The translations under genes were made by a program, and so were the position numbers. The notes under the pieces are model-generated. The model was not told the origin of the DNA. It made no database searches and saw nothing but the letters and a program-made list of their open reading frames with translations. Positions 1 through 7,297 of a stretch of DNA of 16,099 nucleotides are shown in pieces. Every line of letters begins with the position of its first letter. Within the stretch, counting starts at the first letter, position 1. This DNA is from Candidatus Micrarchaeia archaeon (GTDB lineage Archaea; Micrarchaeota; Micrarchaeia; Burarchaeales; JAVZCV01), in assembly GCA_038874215.1 (NCBI GenBank), contig JAVZCV010000015.1:12096-28194 (forward strand), given 5' to 3'.

Positions 1-810
1 TGCCTTAACAATGGTGATTTTGGGAGGAGGCTTGCAGAAACGTGCAGGATATATGCGGGCGGGGTTATAGAGAAAGAAATAGAGTGGGGGGATGGGTTCA
101 ACATAGAACGCGTGAAGAAGGATATAGATGAAAGCGGCGCACATGTGCTTGCGCTCGTGCAGAATGAAACATCAACGGGAGTTACGAATGCTATAGAGGC
201 AATATGCAAGTATGCGAAATCAAGGGGCATGCTCGTCCTGCTTGATACCGTTTCAGCCTTCATAGGAATTCCTCTTGATATGAGGGGCTGGGGCGTTGAT
301 ATAGCCGTTGCGGGAAGCCAGAAGTGCATAGGAGCTCCTCCCGGAATGGCGCTTATCGGGATAAACGAAGGCGCTGTGAAAAAGATAAACGACAACGAAA
401 TACGCTCATACTATCTTAACCTTAAGAAATGCCTGAAATATAAGGAGAAGGAGGAGACGCCATACACGCCAGCCGTTACTCTCTACTATGCGCTTGATGC
501 GGCGATAGAGGAAGTTGAGAGAGAAGGGCTCAAGAATATTCAAGAGAGGCACAGGAGGACTGCGGAGTTTGTGAGAAATGAGCTTGTTAAAAGAGGGTAT
601 AAGCTTGTTGCCGAGAAGGGATTTGAGTCTCCAACTGTAACTGCATTTTGGGGGGACGGAAAGCTGAAGGATGAGCTGAAGAAAAGGGGGGTTATAATAG
701 CGGGAGGCCAGGGGAAGCTTAAAGGGAAGATTTTGAGGATAGCGCATCTTGGCAAATTCAAGCCTGAGTGGTATAAGCAACTCTTTGAGATGATTGATGA
801 GATAGGGTGA
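1..810 (+). CDS. Class V PLP-dependent aminotransferase (serine-pyruvate/alanine-glyoxylate family; probable archaeal phosphoserine aminotransferase), 5'-truncated
   Basis: Frame 1 is open from base 1 (CLNNGDFGRRLAETC...), so the true start lies upstream of the window and not at GTG 112. Motifs: VQNETSTG, LLDTVSA (PLP Asp), AGSQKC (Schiff-base Lys), TPYTP, GGQG..LRIAHLG. The SerC role is inferred from the adjacent serA. Confidence 0.9.
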   Translation, partial: CLNNGDFGRRLAETCRIYAGGVIEKEIEWGDGFNIERVKKDIDESGAHVLALVQNETSTGVTNAIEAICKYAKSRGMLVLLDTVSAFIGIPLDMRGWGVDIAVAGSQKCIGAPPGMALIGINEGAVKKINDNEIRSYYLNLKKCLKYKEKEETPYTPAVTLYYALDAAIEEVEREGLKNIQERHRRTAEFVRNELVKRGYKLVAEKGFESPTVTAFWGDGKLKDELKKRGVIIAGGQGKLKGKILRIAHLGKFKPEWYKQLFEMIDEIG

Positions 811-814
811 TTTC

Positions 815-1720
815 TTGGAGAGAGTGAAGATTGTTGTTAGCGACCACATGGGGGAGGACATTCTTGATGAGTTGAGCGAGCTTGGGGAAGTAGTTTATAT
901 GCCTAAAAATCTTGAGAAGGAGATAGAAGATGCGCATGTTCTGATCGTGAGGAGCGGCACAAAAGTGACGAAGGAGCTTCTGAAAAATGCGAAAAGGCTT
1001 GAACTTGTTGTTCGCGCAGGCGTTGGTGTTGACAACATTGATGTGAAGGAGTGTGAGAGGAAGGGAATAAAGGTTGCGAACACGCCAGACGCATCCTCAA
1101 TATCGGTTGCCGAGCTTACCATCGGGCTTATGATAGCGCTGCTGAGAAACATAATAAAGGCGCACATACAGATGACGAGTGGCATATGGGACAGAAAGGC
1201 GCTTGTTGGCAGGGAGTTGTACGGTAAAACGCTTGGAATAATCGGGTTTGGGAGGATAGGAAGGAAGGTTGCTGAGAGAGCGGTAGGTATGGGGATGAGA
1301 GTGATAGCCTACGACCCGCACCTCAAGGAAAGCGAGCTTGCAGAACTCGTTGATTTTGATACGCTACTCAGGAATTCGGATATAATATCGCTGCACACTG
1401 CGCTCACTGAGCAGACGAGGAACATGATAAACGCTGAAACGATAAAAAAGATGAAGAACGGCGCTTACATAATAAACGCTGCGAGGGGGGCGCTTATAGA
1501 CGAGGATGCCCTTTATGATGCACTCGTAAGCGGTAAAATTGCGGGCGCTGCGCTTGATGTCACTGTTGAGGAGCCGCATAAGGGCAAGCTTCTTGAAGTT
1601 GACAACGTGATATTCTCATCGCACATAGGAGCGAGCACGATAGAGGCGCAGGAGAGAGTTGGGGAGGAAGTAGTCGTTATAGTTGAGAATCACGTAAAAA
1701 AGAGGATGGAAAAGAAGTAG
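815..1720 (+). CDS. serA: D-3-phosphoglycerate dehydrogenase, short form without ACT/ASB domains (D-2-hydroxyacid dehydrogenase family)
   Basis: Motifs VRSGTKV, RAGVGVDNID, GIIGFGRIG (Rossmann), INAARG, ALDV..EEP, SHIGAST.EAQ; 301 aa. TTG start is preceded by GGTGA (806-810), which overlaps the upstream stop. Confidence 0.85.
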   Translation: MERVKIVVSDHMGEDILDELSELGEVVYMPKNLEKEIEDAHVLIVRSGTKVTKELLKNAKRLELVVRAGVGVDNIDVKECERKGIKVANTPDASSISVAELTIGLMIALLRNIIKAHIQMTSGIWDRKALVGRELYGKTLGIIGFGRIGRKVAERAVGMGMRVIAYDPHLKESELAELVDFDTLLRNSDIISLHTALTEQTRNMINAETIKKMKNGAYIINAARGALIDEDALYDALVSGKIAGAALDVTVEEPHKGKLLEVDNVIFSSHIGASTIEAQERVGEEVVVIVENHVKKRMEKK

Positions 1721-1732
1721 GTGGGCTGTGCG

Positions 1733-3268
1733 ATGAAATTCAGATGCATCGGGGCGCTTAAATTCAGCAGGGACGTTGAAGGGGAGAAGGAGCTTGAAGA
1801 GGCTTTTAAGAGCGATGAGCTTGTTTCTCTTTTGAGAAAGGGTGCGCCTTCTGGAAAGGAGAATGAGGCAGCAGAGATAAAGAAGTGGAGGATAAGCGGG
1901 AGCAATCTTGAAGTTGAGATTGAAAGCGGCAGGCACGTGAGGGCGCATGACGCATTCCTTAGGATTAAGAGATACATAAATGAGAGGTTGGCTGGCAAAA
2001 TCAAGGCTGGAATAAGGGATGCGTGGATAAGCGAGATAGTTGCAGAATTTGAAGTTTCAAAAGAACCGCTTGGAGAAATTCGTATAGCGCATTTCGTGAA
2101 GTCCATAAAATTTGATGGGAGGAGAGTAAAAGTCGTTATGGCTAACATGCCGCTTGAAATCGTTGAGAGCGGTGCTCCGAATAGAATAGTCGCACTCGTA
2201 GAGGAGAAAGTTGAAAAGCAGCATTATGCAGGGAAGGAGGAGATGAAAAAGCTCCTATGGGAGAGCAAGAGGAAGGAAATGAAATTTGAAAAAGACCCGA
2301 GCGAGGAGCTTGAAAAGAGAGGGTGGATAAGGAGAACGCATGCGAAGGGGCAGTTCGTCTACGGCAAGAATTTCTCCCGCATGATTGAAGCGTTGAAGGA
2401 TATCATAAAAGAAGAGATATACGATAAAATGGGCTTTTCCGAGATGGTTTTCCCAAAGTTTGAGCCTTGGCACGTTCCCATGCGAAGCGGGCATGCAAAG
2501 AGCATATACCCCGATGCATACTATGTGATGGTTCCCAAGGAAAGCAAACCGCAGGTTTGGGAGGATGTTGCAGACTACTTCAAGATAACTGGGGAGGTAG
2601 ACAAAAAGGGCATAATGGAGCGTGTTGAACCGGTCGGGATACTCTCGTATGCGCAATGCCCGCCATTCTGGCAGTTCGTTGAGGGAAGGACGATAGCAAG
2701 CAGCAGCCTGCCTATAAAGGTGTATGACTGGTCAGGCCCTACATACAGGAACGAAGCTGGGGGAACGAAAGGAATAGAGAGGATAGAGGAGTTCCACAGG
2801 ATTGAGACGCTTTTCGTAGGCACGCCAGAGAAGGTTGTTGAGATAGCAGGGAAGCTTGATGAAAGGTTCACGCACGTGCTTGATAGGGTTCTTGATTTGG
2901 AAGTGAGAAAGCAAAGGGTAATGCCGTGGTGGATGGCGCAGAGCGGTGAAGTTCTGAATGAGAAAAAGGAGGAGGAAGAAGAGAGAATGAAGGTTGGTAC
3001 TGTTGATTTTGAGGCTTACATGCCATTCAAAGGTACGAGAGAGGGGAGCGAGTGGCTTGAGATACAGAATGTTTCAGTAATAGGGGAGAAGTACCCGAAG
3101 GCGTTCAGCGTTAAGGCTCAGAAGGGGGAGCTATGGAGTGGATGCTGCGGTACGGGAATGGAGCGATGGCTCTGCGCATTCCTTGCACAGAAAGGTTTTG
3201 AGCCGAAAGACTGGCCCGAGAGCATGAGGGATAGGGTGGTGCTTGATGATGAAGTCAGGTTCCTTTAA
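1733..3268 (+). CDS. serS: Seryl-tRNA synthetase, atypical methanogen-type (type 2, Zn-dependent)
   Basis: N-terminal domain with ESGRHVRAHDAFLRI; putative Zn ligands in YAQCPPFW, EFHRIE and WSGCCG; class II motif 2 (TYRNEAGG..GIER.EEFHR) and motif 3 (GTGMERW). ATG 1733 follows GGTGG (1720-1724); the track's GTG 1721 is an alternative start. Confidence 0.93.
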   Translation: MKFRCIGALKFSRDVEGEKELEEAFKSDELVSLLRKGAPSGKENEAAEIKKWRISGSNLEVEIESGRHVRAHDAFLRIKRYINERLAGKIKAGIRDAWISEIVAEFEVSKEPLGEIRIAHFVKSIKFDGRRVKVVMANMPLEIVESGAPNRIVALVEEKVEKQHYAGKEEMKKLLWESKRKEMKFEKDPSEELEKRGWIRRTHAKGQFVYGKNFSRMIEALKDIIKEEIYDKMGFSEMVFPKFEPWHVPMRSGHAKSIYPDAYYVMVPKESKPQVWEDVADYFKITGEVDKKGIMERVEPVGILSYAQCPPFWQFVEGRTIASSSLPIKVYDWSGPTYRNEAGGTKGIERIEEFHRIETLFVGTPEKVVEIAGKLDERFTHVLDRVLDLEVRKQRVMPWWMAQSGEVLNEKKEEEEERMKVGTVDFEAYMPFKGTREGSEWLEIQNVSVIGEKYPKAFSVKAQKGELWSGCCGTGMERWLCAFLAQKGFEPKDWPESMRDRVVLDDEVRFL

Positions 3269-3905
3269 CGCTGGAAGGAGAGGCAAGAATCCGAGGGGGG
3301 AAAAAGATCCTGTAAGCGTATTCGGCAAAATGAAAGAGGGGAGGGAAATGAAGGGATTGAGTGTTGACGATGCGCGGAAGAGCCCCGAGATGGCTTTAAG
3401 ATGGCTCTTTGAGGGGAATGAAGAGTTTAGGGAAGGGGAGGAATGGAAAAAAGGAAATGCGCAACAAAAACCCGGCGCAGTTGTCATATACTGTTCTGAT
3501 GCGAGGACGAGCGCAGAGATTGTTTTCGGTAAGGGCTTGAATGAAATTTTCGGGATAAGGAGCGCGGGCAATGTTGTAGGTACCGAGGCGATAGCATCCG
3601 TGGAGTATGCGGTTGCGCATTTGGGTGTTAAGCTCGTAGTTGTTCTTGGGCACACGCAGTGCGGTGCAGTTACGGCTGCATGCAAGGGGGGTAAGCCTGA
3701 AAGCCCAAGCTTGGGCAAGCTGCTTTCAAATATAGAGAAGGAGGGCAACGATGTTGAGCGCTCTGTAAGGGCAAATGTATTCAAGCAGATTGAGAACTTG
3801 AAAAATGGGAGCGAGATAGTTCGGAATGCAGCTGCTGAGGGTAGAATAAAAATCGTCGGGGCGATATACCACATTGAAAGCGGGAAGGTTGAACTTATTG
3901 GATGA
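3246..3905 (+). CDS. Beta-class carbonic anhydrase
   Basis: Zn ligands in CSDAR (CxDxR) and GHTQCGAV (HxxC); also EGNEEF, RSAGN, SVEYAV.HL and GAIYHIESGKV. Start is uncertain: ATG 3246/3249 follow GGGTGGT, while ATG 3330/3348 give a more typical length. Confidence 0.92.
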   Translation: MMKSGSFNAGRRGKNPRGEKDPVSVFGKMKEGREMKGLSVDDARKSPEMALRWLFEGNEEFREGEEWKKGNAQQKPGAVVIYCSDARTSAEIVFGKGLNEIFGIRSAGNVVGTEAIASVEYAVAHLGVKLVVVLGHTQCGAVTAACKGGKPESPSLGKLLSNIEKEGNDVERSVRANVFKQIENLKNGSEIVRNAAAEGRIKIVGAIYHIESGKVELIG

Positions 3906-5119
3906 TTTTTGGTGGTTTTGTGGAGAGCGAGAGCAAGTTAAGATATGACCTAAAAAAGAAGCTATCAGAGCTTTCAAAAATAAGGGGAAGCGGCACAGAG
4001 CTCATCTCTGTTTATATGCCGCCTTCTTCGCAAATAGCGGACATAAGCAACAAACTCAAGGAGGAGTATGGGCAGGCATCAAACATAAAATCAAAAACAA
4101 CGAGAAAGAACGTCCAGGATGCGCTTGAGAAGATAATACAGTATTTAAAAATTTTCAGGAAACCGCCAGAAACAGGGCTTGCGATATTCTGCGGCAACAT
4201 ATCGCAGGTGCAGGGCAAGGAGGACATACGCCTCTTTTCAATAGTACCCCCAGAGCCGATAAACGTTCAGGTTTACAGGTGCGATTCAACTTTTTTCTTA
4301 GACCCGCTTGAGGAGATGCTCGCACCGAAGGAGACATACGGGCTCGTTCTCGTAGACGGGAAGGATGCGACTGTTGCTCTCCTGAAAGGGAAGAACGTGC
4401 GGGTTGTGAAGCAGTTGCATTCAACCGCACACTCAAAGATAGTGAAGGGTGGGCAGAGCGCAAGAAGGTTCCAGAGGATAATAGAGGAGAGCATTGAGAA
4501 GTACTACAAGCGCATCGGCGAGGCTATGGATTCAGCCTTCCTTCCCGTTAAGGATATGAAAGGAGTAATAGTTGGGGGACCGGGGCCAGCTAAGGAGAAC
4601 TTCTTAAAGCTGAAGCCTTTCAACTACCAGATAAATGTCATCGGCGTTGTTGATGTTGGCTATACTGATGAGTATGGAATAAGGGAGCTGCTTGAGAAGG
4701 CGCAGGACATAATAGCTGAGCAGGAGATAATAAAGGAGAGGAAGCTCGTTGATAGGTTCATGAGGGAGGTTGTCAAGGGAGGGCTTGCAACGTATGGTTT
4801 TAAGGAGGTTTTGAATGCCCTTCGTGCGGGGCAGGTTGAAACTCTCCTCGTTTCAGAAGAGCTTGACAAAAAACTCGTTGTGATGAGATGCTCGGCTTGC
4901 GGCAAGACTGTTGAGAGGATAACATCGGAGCCGAAGGAGGAAGAGTGCGATTGCGGCGGTAGGTATAGGATAGAGAGTGAGATTGATGTAGGGGATTTGC
5001 TGATAGAGGAGGCAGAGAAGGCAGGCGTGAATATTGAGACGATATCGTCGGGCACGAGCGAGGGAGGGGAGTTTCTTATGGGATTTCACGGAATAGGCGC
5101 CCTTCTCAGGTATAAATAA
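3902..5119 (+). CDS. prf1: Archaeal peptide chain release factor aRF1
   Basis: Motifs GTELIS, ASNIKS, YRCDSTF, KGGQSARRF and GGPG; C-terminal CSAC...CDC zinc-ribbon minidomain; GIGALLRY end. ATGA overlap with the upstream stop. Confidence 0.97.
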   Translation: MIFGGFVESESKLRYDLKKKLSELSKIRGSGTELISVYMPPSSQIADISNKLKEEYGQASNIKSKTTRKNVQDALEKIIQYLKIFRKPPETGLAIFCGNISQVQGKEDIRLFSIVPPEPINVQVYRCDSTFFLDPLEEMLAPKETYGLVLVDGKDATVALLKGKNVRVVKQLHSTAHSKIVKGGQSARRFQRIIEESIEKYYKRIGEAMDSAFLPVKDMKGVIVGGPGPAKENFLKLKPFNYQINVIGVVDVGYTDEYGIRELLEKAQDIIAEQEIIKERKLVDRFMREVVKGGLATYGFKEVLNALRAGQVETLLVSEELDKKLVVMRCSACGKTVERITSEPKEEECDCGGRYRIESEIDVGDLLIEEAEKAGVNIETISSGTSEGGEFLMGFHGIGALLRYK

Positions 5120-5120
5120 G

Positions 5121-6038
5121 CTATTTTATTTCGCACATGCGCTCAAGCGCTCTCCTTGCCTTTTTCGCTGTTTCTTCTTGAACTTTTACTCCAAAGATTT
5201 CGTCTTCAAGAGCACGGGCAAGCTTCTGCAGTGTTATCCTCTTCATAGTGCTACATACCGCATTTTCATTCGCAGAGTAGAATATGCTTTTCGGCGAGAC
5301 TTTTTTAAGCCGGTGTATTATTCCTTTCTCTGTGGCTATGATGAACTCCTTTCCGTTGTTCTCTGCGCAGAATCTAACCATGCCGCCAGTTGAGGCAACT
5401 AAGTCAGCCATCTCCTGAAGCTCGGGATTGCACTCGGGATGAACGAGGAGGAGGGCGTTCGGGTGGGCCTCCTTAATTTTTCCCACATAATCCTTTAGGA
5501 TCCTTTTGTGCACTATGCAGTATCCATGTGCTGGCACGGGTAGTATCCTCTTCTTTACCCTTTTCTGCACGTACATTGCGAGGTTCTCGTCTGGCCCGAA
5601 TATGACCTCTTCACTATCAAGCGAATTCACAACTTTTACCGCATTCGCAGATGTGCAGCATATGTCTGCATGGGCTTTCGCCTCTGCGCTCGTGTTCACA
5701 TAAAGGCAAACCTTCGCATTTGGGTGATTTTCCTTTGCCTTTGCTATCTCCGCAACCTCAAGCTGGGCTGCGAGCGGGCAGCGTGCGCCGAGGTCTGGGA
5801 TAAGAATGCGCTTTTCTGGGTTCAATATATATACCATCTCTGCCATGAAATCAACGCCGCACATCACTATCAAATCGGTGCTTAAACCGTGCGCCTTACG
5901 AGCAAGTTCAAAAGAATCGCCCACGAAATCCGCAATATCCTGTATCTCGGGCCGCTGGTAGTTGTGCGCAAGTATCGCTGCGTTCTTCTCCTCTTTGAGT
6001 TTTAGAATTTTTTTGATGGCTTCTTCTGCTTCACGCAA
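5121..6038 (-). CDS. nadA: Quinolinate synthase A
   Basis: Motifs AHNYQ, GDSFEL, CGVDFMAE, YVNT, CTSANA, GPDENL, HPEC and STGGM; three Fe-S Cys (CPLA, CIVH, CSTMK). TTG start with GAGGTG RBS overlaps the upstream gene's stop. Confidence 0.96.
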   Translation of the reverse strand: MREAEEAIKKILKLKEEKNAAILAHNYQRPEIQDIADFVGDSFELARKAHGLSTDLIVMCGVDFMAEMVYILNPEKRILIPDLGARCPLAAQLEVAEIAKAKENHPNAKVCLYVNTSAEAKAHADICCTSANAVKVVNSLDSEEVIFGPDENLAMYVQKRVKKRILPVPAHGYCIVHKRILKDYVGKIKEAHPNALLLVHPECNPELQEMADLVASTGGMVRFCAENNGKEFIIATEKGIIHRLKKVSPKSIFYSANENAVCSTMKRITLQKLARALEDEIFGVKVQEETAKKARRALERMCEIK

Positions 6039-6792
6039 TCCTAAGCACCTCTGTAATGTTTTTCAGAGCCTGCACAGCTGATAGGGCGGCGATGTAGCTC
6101 GTTTTTGGGTTTTCTGGAAAAGGCGCATTCTCTGCGCGTGCCTTTATTCTCCCGAATTTCCCCTCCACGGTAATCTCATGGATGTTCTGCTCTGCATTCG
6201 GGTCTGCGACGATCTCAACAACAACATTCTTGTTTGCAGCAAGCATGAGCGTGGCGGCGACGTTTATGTTCTTCGGGAATTTCTTTACAGCTTCTTTTGC
6301 ATCTCCCCTGAAAACGATTTTTTTCTTTCCAGAGGAAATCCCAAGGCTTCTCGGGTTCTTCGTCGTTGTTAGGGAGATTCTTTCAATTCCAGCGAGCGAA
6401 GCCGCCTTCACGGCGTCAAGCCCGCATACTGCTCCCGATGGTATGTATATGTGCGTTCCGTTTTTTTCAGCAGTATTTACAAGCGAGTCCATAAGCTTTT
6501 TTTCAAGCAGTGCGCCTACGCTCATTATGAGCATATCGCACCTTTCAAGAATTTTTTTGGCATATGCCTGCACAGCTTCCTGTGATGCTGCCTCTATGAT
6601 GAGCTCGGCACGCATGAGCTCATCTATGGAGCCCGCTTTTTTCACTCCGTATTTCTTGCAGAAATCCGAGAGCGCAAGCGCATCCTTATCGTATGCGCAT
6701 ACTATTTCGGCTCTAATCTTCTTGCGCCTTATCGCCTCCGCTATTGTCCTGCCTATTGCGCCACAGCCGAGGATTGAAATGCGAAGTTTCAT
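6031..6792 (-). CDS. nadX: L-aspartate dehydrogenase (NAD biosynthesis)
   Basis: Motifs GCGAIG, EAAS, MSVGAL, PSGA..GLD, FPKNINVAA, NIHEI and NPKTSYIAA; translationally coupled to nadA. Confidence 0.93.
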   Translation of the reverse strand: MKLRISILGCGAIGRTIAEAIRRKKIRAEIVCAYDKDALALSDFCKKYGVKKAGSIDELMRAELIIEAASQEAVQAYAKKILERCDMLIMSVGALLEKKLMDSLVNTAEKNGTHIYIPSGAVCGLDAVKAASLAGIERISLTTTKNPRSLGISSGKKKIVFRGDAKEAVKKFPKNINVAATLMLAANKNVVVEIVADPNAEQNIHEITVEGKFGRIKARAENAPFPENPKTSYIAALSAVQALKNITEVLRIA

Positions 6793-6822
6793 GTAGCCAA
6801 TTCTCTGCCAACTGCTAAAAAA

Positions 6823-7293
6823 CTATCGTGGTTTGAGAGGTTTCAGGATGCCTTTTATAGCACATTCGCGCATGTAATCGGGAGTTCCCCTCACGACAAC
6901 CATATTCTTCTCGTAGGATATGCTGTTTGATGGGCCGCCCATCAGCAAAAATGCTGGCATGCCCTCAAAATCCGAGATGCACTTCTGCGGTGTTGAGTTT
7001 GAGAGGTCTGGCATAACGCAGAGTTCCCCGTCTATCGCATAGTTCTTCACTGTTTTGTTCATCTCTCCGAGCGCTTTTGCAAGCTCTATCCCGCAGTTTA
7101 TAACTGCTGAGGAATCTGTCTCCGTTATGTTCATTACGATTGCAGCATGCGTGCTCGCATTGAGCGCAGAAATGAACTCGTTCTGCGTGCCTCTCGGAAA
7201 CGGATAAAGGAATAGGGCGAGTAGGACCAAGACGATAAGAAAAAGCAGTGCGGCAGCCTTCTTTGAGTCTATCTTTATCTCTTCGCTTTTCAT
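6823..7293 (-). CDS. Hypothetical single-pass membrane protein with extracellular 4-Cys domain (156 aa)
   Basis: ATG 7293 lies 4 nt after the upstream stop, avoiding the 89-nt overlap implied by the track's 7386 start. MKSEEIKIDSKK is followed by hydrophobic AAALLFLIVLVLLALFLYPF; N-glycosylation sequons NAS, NIT, NKT, NST. Confidence 0.8.
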   Translation of the reverse strand: MKSEEIKIDSKKAAALLFLIVLVLLALFLYPFPRGTQNEFISALNASTHAAIVMNITETDSSAVINCGIELAKALGEMNKTVKNYAIDGELCVMPDLSNSTPQKCISDFEGMPAFLLMGGPSNSISYEKNMVVVRGTPDYMRECAIKGILKPLKPR

Positions 7294-7297
7294 TTTA

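Noticed and set aside
3269-3347. Possible ncRNA or leader between serS and carbonic anhydrase; RR as a Tat signal
   Set aside because: Only 4-5 bp complementarities are present and the region is open in the CA frame. No hydrophobic segment follows the RR.
3902-5119. Altered genetic code or stop-codon reassignment linked to aRF1/SerRS
   Set aside because: The NIKS, YxCxxxF and GGQ motifs are canonical, and TAA, TAG and TGA all terminate full-length conserved genes here.
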